A stretch of DNA of 64,000 nucleotides from Acidobacteriota bacterium (GTDB taxonomy: Bacteria > Acidobacteriota > Blastocatellia > RBC074): positions 41,590 through 105,589 of the forward strand of contig JBBIWA010000010.1 in assembly GCA_037439425.1 (NCBI GenBank), given 5' to 3'. The stretch's first letter is position 1. Each line of letters opens with the position of its first letter. Below, piece by piece: positions 1 to 9,272 of the stretch. The position numbers and the translations under genes are program-made. The notes under the pieces are model-generated. The model worked only from the letters and a program-made list of their open reading frames with translations. It ran no database searches and was not told the DNA's origin.

Positions 1-321
1 CACGCTGCTTGAAGCATTGAGAATTGCCAGCCCGAGCTCGCCGTCGCGGAGCAAGGCATAGGTTTCAAAGGAAAAACTGGAAAAAGTAGTGTAGCCGCCA
101 AGCACACCCGTCAACAGCGCCGCTCGGATGGTTGGGGAGACTAAAAAACGAGTCTCGAAGAGTTCTGCCAAAAGGCCAATCATCAGGCTGCCAGAGACAT
201 TGATGATCAAGTTGGCGTAAGGGAACGTTGGCTCTTTGATCACTGAATAGACGAGTAATGACAGCGCGTACCGGCATCCTGTGCCTACTGCGCCACCTAG
301 CAGGATCAGGGGAATTTTCAA
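1..321 (-). CDS. crcB: Fluoride efflux channel CrcB/Fluc (partial, runs off window edge)
   Basis: Manual translation from TTG at 321 (not in ORF track): MKIPLILLGGAVGTGCRY...NVSGS...GVLGGYTTFSSFSFET, carrying the Fluc GGxxGxxxRY and GxxGGxTTFSxF motifs. Confidence 0.93.
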   Translation of the reverse strand, partial: MKIPLILLGGAVGTGCRYALSLLVYSVIKEPTFPYANLIINVSGSLMIGLLAELFETRFLVSPTIRAALLTGVLGGYTTFSSFSFETYALLRDGELGLAILNASSSV

Positions 322-411
322 ACCACCCATAGTTCATATCGCAGATTGGTGTTAACCCGGCGGCAAAACATCCTCTTTTTTTCGCGGGGCGAGGCCACTC
401 CGGCCTTCCAG

Positions 412-2136
412 TTACCGCAGCAAGAGCCAGGTGAGGAAGACGAGCAGCACGACCCAGAGCCAACCAAGAGCAAAACCGAGCAGGTCTACCCGGTAAGCCC
501 GGAAGAACCCGACCCCGTGGGTTGCGCGGAACGGACGAAGCAGATTAACCAGCAGCGATTGTTGCCCCGCTTCAGCTGCTGCTTTGCCGAGTTCAGGATT
601 TGAAGGTTTCTCGCTGGGATTGCCTACAGCAGAAGCATCGGCTAACGGATCATCGGGGCGTCCTGGCAGTTCGGTCGGCGTTTGGAGCCGGCTGAAAAAC
701 GAGTTGATCTTTTGCGCTGGTTCCGGCGCCGTCACCAGGCTCACTATCACCAGCGCCGCTATCCCAGAGGCCAGGGCTGCCAGAAACACGTTGGGGTCGA
801 AGTAATCGAGCCTCTCACCTCGCAGATAGTAGAGCGTAAAATTGGTCGCAAACGCAACGATCAAACTTGCCACCGCACCCCAGCGATTAGCTCTCTGCCA
901 GATGATCCCTCCAAGGATGCTAATGCCCATAAAGGTCGCCATCGTCTCGGTGAGCAGGAAAGAGTAAAGCACTCTTTCAATCAGAAAGAGCGCGTAAAGG
1001 ACTCCGAGCATGGTGATCAAAAAACCGCTGATGCGTCCTACCCACAGATAATGACGATCGGGGCGATCCGTGACCAGATGGCGGCGATAAAAGCTTTCCG
1101 TAAAGAGCGCGCCGCTGTTGACCATAAAAGCAGAAGTCGTAGACATATTGGCTGCCAGCACGCTGGCAATCATCAATCCGAGCGCGCCGGGGAAGAGCAG
1201 CTGGCGGCAGGCAAAGCCGAAAGCGTCTTCCATATCTTTCAACTCGGTGACGCCGAAACTGCCTCTCGCCAGCGTTGCTGCGACAATCAAACCCACCAGC
1301 GCCCAGCCAACCGTGCATATACGTTTGACGAAATTGCCGTAGAAGAAGCCGACCCGGCAAGTATATTCGTCCCGGCCGGTGCCTACAGCAGCCAGCATAT
1401 GCGGCTGCGAAATGATCCCGATCAAGCCGTTGATCGTCAGCATGGTGATGTACCAGGGGCCGATTCCTTCAGGCGCAGCGAGTGAGAATTTGTAAGCTTC
1501 CAGCGACTCTTTCATTCCGCTCATCCCGCCAACTACATTCCAACCCAGCGGGATCAGCAGGAACGAAAGCGCAATGATCAGGAAGCCTTGAAGAAAGTCG
1601 GTCCAGGCAGCGGCGACCAGGCCACCGATGAAGCTGTAGAAGATGAAGATCGCCGTCATGGCGATGACGATCTCGTTGACTTCAAGCTGTCCACCGGTCG
1701 CTTGACTGATGACTTTGCCTGCGCCCTTGAGCATGCTTGCGGTGTTGAGCGTGAAGAAGAGGAGAGCAAAGATCGTATAAACGCCGCCCATCCACTTACC
1801 GTAGCGATCTTCGGTCAGCTCGGCAATCGTGGTGCGGCGGATGCGCCGAAAGACTGGCGCGAAGACCCAGAAGAAGGGCGTGGCGAAGAGATTCTTCCAC
1901 TGATACCAGATGCCGGAAAAGCCGATGTGGTAGACCGCGCCGGCCAACGAGACCGGCATCTCTGCGTGAGTCCCAACGCCGAAGCTTTGCCCGATCATGA
2001 GCCATTTGCCGAATCCACGCTTGCCCAAGAAATAGTGAGAAGTGTCTTTCACCTTCAGGCCGACAATGACTCCGACCGAAGCAACAATGACAAAGTAAGC
2101 GATCAGAACGATCCAATCAGCTGTGCTGATGAGCAT
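412..2136 (-). CDS. Sodium:solute symporter family protein
   Basis: Many TM helices, YFLGKRG, WTDFLQG and SVLAANMST motifs; ATG at 2136 preferred because the ORF-track extension starts inside a repeat. Confidence 0.9.
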   Translation of the reverse strand: MLISTADWIVLIAYFVIVASVGVIVGLKVKDTSHYFLGKRGFGKWLMIGQSFGVGTHAEMPVSLAGAVYHIGFSGIWYQWKNLFATPFFWVFAPVFRRIRRTTIAELTEDRYGKWMGGVYTIFALLFFTLNTASMLKGAGKVISQATGGQLEVNEIVIAMTAIFIFYSFIGGLVAAAWTDFLQGFLIIALSFLLIPLGWNVVGGMSGMKESLEAYKFSLAAPEGIGPWYITMLTINGLIGIISQPHMLAAVGTGRDEYTCRVGFFYGNFVKRICTVGWALVGLIVAATLARGSFGVTELKDMEDAFGFACRQLLFPGALGLMIASVLAANMSTTSAFMVNSGALFTESFYRRHLVTDRPDRHYLWVGRISGFLITMLGVLYALFLIERVLYSFLLTETMATFMGISILGGIIWQRANRWGAVASLIVAFATNFTLYYLRGERLDYFDPNVFLAALASGIAALVIVSLVTAPEPAQKINSFFSRLQTPTELPGRPDDPLADASAVGNPSEKPSNPELGKAAAEAGQQSLLVNLLRPFRATHGVGFFRAYRVDLLGFALGWLWVVLLVFLTWLLLR

Positions 2137-2174
2137 GGTGGTCAATAGTCCTTTAATCGAGGGATGTGATTCTG

Positions 2175-2215
2175 CCTGGGTACGCACGCTTCCAGCGTGC
2201 CTTCCTGGGAGCGCA
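2175..2215. repeat. Partial REP-family copy (family A)
   Basis: CCTGGGTACGCACGCTTCCAGCGTGC followed by CCTGGGAGCGCA. Confidence 0.75.
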
Positions 2216-2245
2216 GGCCATTAGTTGCTACACCAGTTTCTTGCC

Positions 2246-2384
2246 AATTTTTCGGCCGGTGGAGCCGGCGGCCAGAGTGTAGCAGGGCCGCACGATCCGC
2301 TTAGCTTTGAGTGCAAAATTTTTCAGCCGGTGGAGCCGGCGGCCAAGAGTTTAGCTTGGGGTGAGGCGGAGCCGCAGCCCCAGG
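2246..2384. repeat. ~38-bp direct repeat pair plus hairpin (family B)
   Basis: AATTTTTCRGCCGGTGGAGCCGGCGGCCA(A)GAGTKTAGC at 2246 and 2317, then the imperfect palindrome CTTGGGGTGAGGCGGAGCCGCAGCCCCAGG. Confidence 0.7.
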
Positions 2385-2431
2385 CTTTATTCTCCCTTCG
2401 CGGATTGAAAGATGTGTAGAAGCTAATGGCC

Positions 2432-2520
2432 TACGCTTCCAGCGTACTTGTTTTTATCGAAGCAGTGACTGTCCTTAAAAGAGTCGCTTGGGTAATTCCA
2501 GCACGCAGGATGCGTGCGTA
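2432..2520. repeat. Degenerate REP doublet (family A)
   Basis: TACGCTTCCAGCGTA ... GCACGCAGGATGCGTGCGTA. Confidence 0.6.
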
Positions 2521-2570
2521 GTGCTACGGTGCTTCCTGCACAGAGCTTTCAAGGAGCTTTTATCCACATA

Positions 2571-2732
2571 GGGTGCGTCGTCTTTTAAGACGACAGGCTC
2601 ACATGAAAAATCAGTAACGGCAAGCGACGTGCGAGCATCGCTTTGTGAGCAGCGCTTGGGGGAGACCCGCTCGTTACTACTCGCTGCTACTGACTCGGCG
2701 CGACCCGCTGTCGTTCTAAAAGAGCTGCACCC
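2571..2732. mobile_element. MITE-like element with imperfect ~25-bp terminal inverted repeats
   Basis: GGGTGCGTCGTCTTTTAAGACGACAG (2571-2596) versus reverse complement of 2708-2732, GGGTGCAGCTCTTTTAGAACGACAG; internal inverted pair TCAGTAACGGCAAGCGA / TCGCTGCTACTGA; no clear target-site duplication. Confidence 0.55.
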
Positions 2733-2773
2733 ATCTCAATATGAGTATCTTCGCATTTCTGCTTAGCAGCCAA

Positions 2774-3784
2774 CTACCTTGGGGTAACAGTCTGTGTGAT
2801 GTCTGCGAGTGCTACTGGAGCGCCTTGACGCGCTTTGCTCAGATCGGCAGCTTCCATAAAAGCCATGATCTCCAGCGTCTCTTCCGGCGCCACCGGCGGC
2901 ACCCCGGTTTGGAAGAACTTGATGATCTCTACCATCAGGCCGCGGTAATCAGTCTTCATCGGCGGATTCGAGGCGATCACGGATTTGCTGCCAAAGACGA
3001 CTGCGCCATACGGCGTGGCGCCCTGGCGGATGCCGCGCACCGTGCCTGTGCGGCCGTCTTTCCAGCGGCCCACGACAACATCGGCCCCTTTGGTATGAAC
3101 GCGTGTGACGGTTTCGCAGCCCGGCCCCATTAGTGTGTAGAGCATCTCCACCGCGTGAATACCGTACCAGAACAGGTCTGGATGATGCGGTTCGGTGGGC
3201 GCAGGGCCGTAAGTGAAAGCGCCGAGAATCTCACCGAGCTTGACATTATGCTTCATCGCTTGAATTTCAGCAACGAAGCGCAGGCTGGAGGTGCTGAAAA
3301 ACGGGGTGCGAGACTCACGCGCCAGGCGGACGATCTCGTAAGCTTCGCGATAGCTGCTGGCAAAAGGTTTGTCAATGAAGACTCGTTTCCTGGCCGCAAG
3401 GACCGGGCGCACTTGTGGAAGATGGGCGCGCCCATCCACGCTCGTCAAGATCACAGCATCCACCTTCTGGCACAGCTCTTCAATCGAGCTGACCAGTTCT
3501 ACGCCCCATTTGTCGCGCAGCTCTGCCGTGAAGCCTTCAATTCTGCTCGCGCTCGCTTCCACATCTGCGCTGCCGCCTTTGAAAGCAGCGACGACACGGC
3601 CACCGGGCACGTGGTCGGGCCTTAAGGGATCATTGAGCAATTGTGTGAACTGAATGACGTGCGAAGTATCCAGCCCGATCAAGCCGATCTTAAGCGGCGT
3701 CAGCTTCGTCTCGCTCTGCGAAGGCAAGCCGGTGACCGGAAGCAGGATGATTGAGCAGAACATCAATCGGGCGATTGTGCGCAT
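2774..3784 (-). CDS. Gfo/Idh/MocA family oxidoreductase with predicted signal peptide
   Basis: [10 protein letters not shown] Rossmann start, FIDKP motif, WYGIHAVE; hydrophobic N-terminus. Confidence 0.85.
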   Translation of the reverse strand: MRTIARLMFCSIILLPVTGLPSQSETKLTPLKIGLIGLDTSHVIQFTQLLNDPLRPDHVPGGRVVAAFKGGSADVEASASRIEGFTAELRDKWGVELVSSIEELCQKVDAVILTSVDGRAHLPQVRPVLAARKRVFIDKPFASSYREAYEIVRLARESRTPFFSTSSLRFVAEIQAMKHNVKLGEILGAFTYGPAPTEPHHPDLFWYGIHAVEMLYTLMGPGCETVTRVHTKGADVVVGRWKDGRTGTVRGIRQGATPYGAVVFGSKSVIASNPPMKTDYRGLMVEIIKFFQTGVPPVAPEETLEIMAFMEAADLSKARQGAPVALADITQTVTPR

Positions 3785-3876
3785 ACTTCCCCCCCACGGT
3801 TATCAGAGAATTGGGGTTTAAAGGTGCGGAAAGAGCCCTGGCACCTGCTGGCAATACTGTTCCTACTCTTGGCCGA

Positions 3877-3959
3877 CCTAGGTAGGTGCGTCTCGTGCGC
3901 TCACTTCTTCGGAGCCAGCTCGTTGAAGGAAGCAAGCGCGCATCTCGCGCGCACCAGGG
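3877..3959. repeat. Highly degenerate REP doublet (family A)
   Basis: CCTAGGTAGGTGCGTCTCGTGCGC ... GCGCGCATCTCGCGCGCACCAGGG. Confidence 0.4.
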
Positions 3960-4003
3960 AAAAGCATCTTCTTGAATGCTATAGCAGGGGCGTTAGGTAA
4001 TAC

Positions 4004-4405
4004 CTAATCTCGTCTATCAGGGCTATCTCTCTTTCTGCCCTTTGTCTTTGCGTAGCGAGCCATCACCCACCCGTAGATTCCTAGATTGACCACCAGAACA
4101 AACAGCCCGAGGCTGATTTGCCAGCCGCGCGTCAGCAGCTCGGGATAAAGCAACGGAATAATATAATGCTCAATGAAGCTTTCGCCATAGCCCGCGGCCC
4201 CGCTTCTTCGACGTAGCCAATTCTCCAACGGCGTCAGCGGGCAGACCCAGCCGGCGAATTCGATCAGCATCGCCCATAACACAGCTGGTAGATGAAACCA
4301 CACGCAACGTTTCCATCTGAGCACCAGCAGCCCGCCAAAAACTACGAAGAGAATGAAAGCGAAATGAACGACCACGACCAGATCGGCGAAGATGCGGTAA
4401 AGCAT
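4004..4405 (-). CDS. DUF2784 family membrane protein
   Basis: ADLVVVVHFAFILFVVFGG, HLPAVLW, CPLTPLENWLR, FIEHYI signature. Confidence 0.88.
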   Translation of the reverse strand: MLYRIFADLVVVVHFAFILFVVFGGLLVLRWKRCVWFHLPAVLWAMLIEFAGWVCPLTPLENWLRRRSGAAGYGESFIEHYIIPLLYPELLTRGWQISLGLFVLVVNLGIYGWVMARYAKTKGRKRDSPDRRD

Positions 4406-4406
4406 G

Positions 4407-5585
4407 TCAGGCCGTCCGGGAATGGGCTTTAAGCAGGTCCATGGCTTTATCAGCCAGCTTGATCAAATGCTGATGCGCGCGATGCCCATTGGTCAAAATT
4501 GCGAAGCCGAGCTTTTGAGTGCGATTGCCGAGCAGAAAGGCGGTATATCCCGGTACGCTGCCACTGTGGGCAAAGTAGCGATCGCCATTGCGCTCAGCCA
4601 CCCACCAAGTCAACCCGAAACCGGCTTCTTCGTTGCCCCACAGCCCTTCTACCGGGCCTTTGAATTTATCGTACTGGCGCGTGAACATCTGCTCCAGGGT
4701 CTGCTCGCTGATGATCCTTCTCCCTTTGAAGAGGCCGCCATTCAGGTTCGCGATCAACCAGTTGGCCTGATTCAGCACCGTTCCGTAGACAATTCCTGCA
4801 GGCCAAACGCTGGCTTTGAGCCGCACCGCCGGCGTGAGCCGCCCGGTCTTTTCATCTGGCACGTAGGGGATGGCTAAGCGCTCTTCCATATCTGGCCGAG
4901 GCATAAAGTCGGTGCTTTCCATCTCCAGCGGCTGGAAAATGTGTTGGTGAATGTACTGCTTGTAAGGCACGCCAGAGATCTGCTGCACGAGATAACCGAT
5001 CAGCGCGTAGGCCATATTTGAGTAGACGACTTTTTGCAGCGGCGGGGTGCTGACTTTGAGCGAGCGCTTCAAATATTCTTCCAGCAACGGTGGGGCCGTC
5101 TCGCCCCAGACCGGATGCGGCCCGAAATCAGGTGGAAGGCCCGAAGTATGCGTCAGCAGATGCCGGAACGTGACAGGTTGCTTCGGGTCTTCGTTTTGAA
5201 TCTTGAAATCGGTGAGATAGTCATTGACCCGATCATCGAGTTTGAATTTGCCCTGTTCCATCAGTTGCAGCAAAGCGACACTTGACATGGTCTTGAAGGT
5301 CGAGCCGATCAGGTAGACTGTGCTGGGAGTGGCTGGAGTGCGCGCCCAAAGATTTGATTCGCCGTAGGCTGCTGTCCAGATGATGCTATCTCCGGCTACC
5401 AGGGCAATCGTGGCCGAAGGGATCTTGCCTTCGATCATGGTGCGTCTGATCTCTGGCTCAAGCTCTGCCACGACCCGATCGATTTCAATCTTTCCAACAG
5501 CGGTGGTCCTGACCCCTGGCAAGATCAGGCCGGCGATCAGAACTATTATGAATGTTTTGCAGCGCAACAGATTTGAAAGTCTCAT
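4407..5585 (-). CDS. Secreted serine hydrolase, beta-lactamase/AmpC family
   Basis: SxxK (STFK), LLTHTSG, YSN and HSG motifs; signal peptide. Confidence 0.9.
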   Translation of the reverse strand: MRLSNLLRCKTFIIVLIAGLILPGVRTTAVGKIEIDRVVAELEPEIRRTMIEGKIPSATIALVAGDSIIWTAAYGESNLWARTPATPSTVYLIGSTFKTMSSVALLQLMEQGKFKLDDRVNDYLTDFKIQNEDPKQPVTFRHLLTHTSGLPPDFGPHPVWGETAPPLLEEYLKRSLKVSTPPLQKVVYSNMAYALIGYLVQQISGVPYKQYIHQHIFQPLEMESTDFMPRPDMEERLAIPYVPDEKTGRLTPAVRLKASVWPAGIVYGTVLNQANWLIANLNGGLFKGRRIISEQTLEQMFTRQYDKFKGPVEGLWGNEEAGFGLTWWVAERNGDRYFAHSGSVPGYTAFLLGNRTQKLGFAILTNGHRAHQHLIKLADKAMDLLKAHSRTA

Positions 5586-5595
5586 CCTCGTTTTC

Positions 5596-6100
5596 TCCTC
5601 CTCAGAAAAACCCTAGGCAGGCACGCATCCTTGCGTGCCTGTCCTCGTTAAGCCAGCCATTACCGCAGAGAAAGCACGCTGGAAGCGTGCGCTCGTGAGG
5701 GTTTCATCATCTCTCCCGCGTCGTCCGTGACGACATCAACGGCTCCTGCGGAAAAACCCTGGGAGCGCACGCATCCTTGCGTGCTCATTGGGGCTGAAGA
5801 TCTTGCACGCTAGATCAGCGTGCGCTCGTGAGGGTTTGATCGTCTCTCCCGCGTCGCAGCGCGAGCTGAATGACTCCTAGGAAAAACCCTGGGAGCGCAC
5901 GCATCCTTGCGTGCTTATTTCCATCAAGCGAGTCGTCATCTTCAGACTAAGCACGCTAGAAGCGTGCGTACCCAGGCTTAGAAAGTCCCTAGGAGCGCAC
6001 GCCGCTGGCGTGCTCGTCTGGTTAAGAGTGAAAATCCTGCACGCTAGATCAGCGTGCCTACCCAGGTTCTTATCGTTTCTCTCGCGTCGCCCAAGCGACA
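5596..6100. repeat. Tandem array of four REP doublets (family A, REPIN/BIME-like)
   Basis: Units start at 5611, 5757, 5887, 5987: CCCTGGGAGCGCACGCATCCTTGCGTGC-spacer-GCACGCTRGAAGCGTGCGCTC, joined by a linker with a GTCGTCCGTGACGAC hairpin. Confidence 0.92.
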
Positions 6101-6155
6101 CAGCGCACTTTGTCGCAGGGCGTCGTCGCACGAGCTGCAGAACTCCTTTGCAGAG

Positions 6156-6923
6156 TCAACGGGAATGCTCTGCAGCAAGTCCAAACCATAGGAGATAGTT
6201 CTGCTCGCCGGGCAGTTCGCACTCGGCCAGCAACTGGAACCCGGCACGCCGGGCTTCGGAGATGACGAACTCCCTGGCGACCATATGCTCGTCAGTGGAT
6301 GCGGGAGGCTGCTGGGCCTGAGCTGGCTTCTGGGCCAGCAGCCAGCGCGCTTGTTCCCGTAATTTCGGGCTATCCTGGTCAATGATGGCCAGACGAGCGC
6401 CAGGCTTCAACGCCAGACGCACACGACGCAGCAGCGCCACAGGCGAGGCAATTTCGTGGTAAGTCTTCAGGATCATTGCAACATCGACAGCAGCCGGGGG
6501 AAGTTTGGGATCGTTTTCTTCACTGAGAATCGTGCGCACGTTAAATACTTTCTCCCGGGCAGCTCGCTTACGGATGTAAGCGAGCATGCGCGGCTCAATG
6601 TCTACTGCATAAACCAGGCCTTCGGCTCCCACTCGACGCGCGGCGTGAAAGGTGAAATAGCCACTGCCAGCGCCAATGTCAGCCACTACCTTGCCTGGCC
6701 CAATTCCTAACACCTCCATCGTTTGCTCAATCAGCAGCTCACGATCGCGCTGCGGATTGTCAAAGCTGGCCGGATCGCCTCGATATGGCTTGGCTACTGG
6801 CCGCCAGATGCGATCAAGCTCATCTATTGACTGGCTTGGTCGGGGCCGGACCTCACAGCCACTGCTCATCAACAGAGCGAGCCACACTCCCAAGATCCAT
6901 TTTCGAGAGACCTGACCTGTCAT
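6156..6923 (-). CDS. Class I SAM-dependent methyltransferase, possible lipoprotein
   Basis: VADIGAGSGYF, VYAVDI, YHEI; LLMSSGC lipobox-like; ATG at 6923 is inferred. Confidence 0.85.
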   Translation of the reverse strand: MTGQVSRKWILGVWLALLMSSGCEVRPRPSQSIDELDRIWRPVAKPYRGDPASFDNPQRDRELLIEQTMEVLGIGPGKVVADIGAGSGYFTFHAARRVGAEGLVYAVDIEPRMLAYIRKRAAREKVFNVRTILSEENDPKLPPAAVDVAMILKTYHEIASPVALLRRVRLALKPGARLAIIDQDSPKLREQARWLLAQKPAQAQQPPASTDEHMVAREFVISEARRAGFQLLAECELPGEQNYLLWFGLAAEHSR

Positions 6924-7066
6924 GAAAGTGGCGCGTAACCTCCCGCTCGCTTCAACTTCCCTGAAATGATGGATTTTTATCACCTGATCAGTTATGTTTT
7001 CATTGTAATCTTTATCTTGAGTCAAGAATGCTTTGATATTAACTGCTCAACCTAAAAGGAGAGAGA

Positions 7067-7417
7067 ATGGCAGAGCCCGATTGCCTCTTTTGCAAGATTG
7101 TCACCGGAGAGGTTCCCTCCACCAAGGTCTACGAGGATGAGAAAGCAGTGGCCTTCAGAGACATCAATCCTCAAGCTCCTGTCCATGTGCTCATTGTCCC
7201 CCGCGAACATATTGAATCGCTCAACGACGCTGGTCAAGGCGATGAGCTGTTGATCGGCCACCTGCTGCGCCTGGCACCTAAAATCGCCAATCAACTCGGC
7301 GTGGCTGAAGAAGGGTTCAGGACCGTCATCAATACGGGCGCCGAAAGTGGCCAGAGTGTATGGCACCTGCATCTCCACGTGCTTGGGGGACGGCGCATGG
7401 CCTGGCCACCGGGCTAG
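7067..7417 (+). CDS. hinT: Histidine triad nucleotide-binding protein
   Basis: CLFCKI N-terminus, DINPQAPVH, HLHLHVLGG triad; SD AGGAG upstream. Confidence 0.95.
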   Translation: MAEPDCLFCKIVTGEVPSTKVYEDEKAVAFRDINPQAPVHVLIVPREHIESLNDAGQGDELLIGHLLRLAPKIANQLGVAEEGFRTVINTGAESGQSVWHLHLHVLGGRRMAWPPG

Positions 7418-7537
7418 GCTGACTCGCTGCGGCCGGTGACCCAGATGACTATCACTGCTGCCGATGGCCAGTAAGGCCAGGTAGGCTTTTTTTGCCTCTT
7501 CTTGAAGAAAGAGTTCAGAGGCGACCAATTTATAAAC

Positions 7538-8287
7538 TCACAGTCTCTTTGTGGCACTAAGAAGCGAAGCCGAGTGACGGTCCAAAAACAGCGTGGTCGC
7601 CGGATGCCGCCGCAGAATTGAAGCCGGGTACTGAGGGCTGATCTCTAATTCAAGGCAGTTGCGTACGGCTTGAGCTTTGCGTCCATCTGGCACCACACAG
7701 ATGATGTGACGAGACCGGAGAATCTGTTGGATAGACATGGAGATGGCAGTACGCGGGACTTCTTCCAAACTGCTGAACCATCCTTCGCCCAACTGCTGCC
7801 GGCGGCAGGCTTCATCAAGCTGTACGACAAGGTAAGGCTCTTCGGTCTCGAAATCGGCTGGCGGATCGTTGAAAGCCAGATGGCCGTTTTCGCCAATCCC
7901 CACAAAAGCAGTGTCAATCGTGCAACGCGAGATCAGCTCGCCCAGCCTTCGACATTCAGCTACCGGGTCTGCGGCTTCACCATTGACGAAATGAAACGTA
8001 CCCGGATGGAGGCGATCAACGATCCGCTCTTTCAGGTAGCGCCTGAAACTTGCCGGATGCGACTGAGAGAGCCCGACATATTCGTCCAGATGAAAGAAAG
8101 TCGTGCGAGACCAATCGAGCTCCGGGGCTTGCGTCAGCGCTTCGAGGAATTCAAACTGCGAGGCTCCCGTCGCCGCGATCACATATGCCTGCCCACGTTC
8201 GGCAATCGCCTGACGTATGATCTCAGCCGCTTGACGAGCGGCGGCCTGAGCTAGCTCCTGTTTTGAACTGAAAATTTGAATCTCCAT
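7538..8287 (-). CDS. nagB: Glucosamine-6-phosphate deaminase family protein
   Basis: [37 protein letters not shown]. Confidence 0.88.
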   Translation of the reverse strand: MEIQIFSSKQELAQAAARQAAEIIRQAIAERGQAYVIAATGASQFEFLEALTQAPELDWSRTTFFHLDEYVGLSQSHPASFRRYLKERIVDRLHPGTFHFVNGEAADPVAECRRLGELISRCTIDTAFVGIGENGHLAFNDPPADFETEEPYLVVQLDEACRRQQLGEGWFSSLEEVPRTAISMSIQQILRSRHIICVVPDGRKAQAVRNCLELEISPQYPASILRRHPATTLFLDRHSASLLSATKRL

Positions 8288-8292
8288 GTGCT

Positions 8293-9192
8293 CTAAATGC
8301 CAATCACGTTCTTCAGATACTGCCGGCTGCGCAAGGCGCTCTCAAAAGGCTTGACGCCCGGCTGAGTGACATCCACGTCCTGCTCGACGATGGCCCATCC
8401 GTCATAACCACACTCACTGAGCCCTTGAATGATCTGAGGAAAATCCACGGCGCCTTCGCCTAGCTCGCAGAAGACACCGCGCCGCACCGCCTCGAGGAAG
8501 TCAACACTTTCCCGGCGAACTGTTTCAAGTACTGCTGGATTGACATCTTTCAAATGCAGATGCCGAATGCGCGCGCCGTACTTGCGCACCGCTTCGACGG
8601 GGTTGCCGCCACCATAAAAATAGTGGCCCGTGTCAAGACACAGTCCAATCAGTTCCGGGTCCGTGCTTGCGCACAAACGTGCGATCTCCTGCGGCGTTTC
8701 GATCAACGTGCCAGCGTGGTGATGAAACGTTGTGGCCAGCCCTAGCTCGCGCGCGGCCTGCGCGATGCGCGTGAGGAGCTTCACTGCGCCCTCCCATTGC
8801 TCGTCATTCATTCCATCGCGCGCTTCATTAACGCGCCCGGCTATGCTCATGCGCGCCTGGCTCATCTCATCAGCCAGGACAATCAGCTGTGCGCCCGTTT
8901 CAGCCAATACTCTGGCCAGCGTCATCGCTTGGTCGAACCCCGCTGCGTGGCGTTCCGGCCGCGCCAACGGAAGGGGGACGAAAGCTGAGACCAGCTGCAG
9001 ACCACGCTTTGACAACTCTTCGGTGATCCGCTTCGGCTCTTTCGGAAGGTAACCATGAGGGCCGAGCTCGGTGCCGCTGTAGCCGGCCTGTCTCATCTCG
9101 TCGAGGACTTCGCCATAGGGCTGCTGCTGGCCCCAGCCTTCTACCTCCATAATTCCCCAACTGACCGGAGCCGTTCCGATCCTGATACTCAT
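8293..9192 (-). CDS. iolE: Myo-inosose-2 dehydratase (IolE/MocC-type TIM barrel)
   Basis: [42 protein letters not shown]; iol context; SD GGAGG before ATG 9192. Confidence 0.75.
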   Translation of the reverse strand: MSIRIGTAPVSWGIMEVEGWGQQQPYGEVLDEMRQAGYSGTELGPHGYLPKEPKRITEELSKRGLQLVSAFVPLPLARPERHAAGFDQAMTLARVLAETGAQLIVLADEMSQARMSIAGRVNEARDGMNDEQWEGAVKLLTRIAQAARELGLATTFHHHAGTLIETPQEIARLCASTDPELIGLCLDTGHYFYGGGNPVEAVRKYGARIRHLHLKDVNPAVLETVRRESVDFLEAVRRGVFCELGEGAVDFPQIIQGLSECGYDGWAIVEQDVDVTQPGVKPFESALRSRQYLKNVIGI

Positions 9193-9272
9193 TTCCACCT
9201 CCGCACATGGTAGTCAGTAGGAGGAGCGCCTTTCTTTACTGATTACTGGCTACCGACTACTGACTACTAGTA

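Noticed and set aside
2560-2568. Perfect DnaA box TTATCCACA
   Set aside because: Single 9-mer with no cluster, AT-rich unwinding region or dnaA context
4407-5585. Antibiotic-resistance beta-lactamase call
   Set aside because: Motifs support only the broad serine hydrolase family (HSG rather than KTG); substrate unknown
5596-6100. CRISPR array
   Set aside because: Arms alternate in orientation, period is irregular (100-146 bp), spacers recur at other loci, and there are no cas genes
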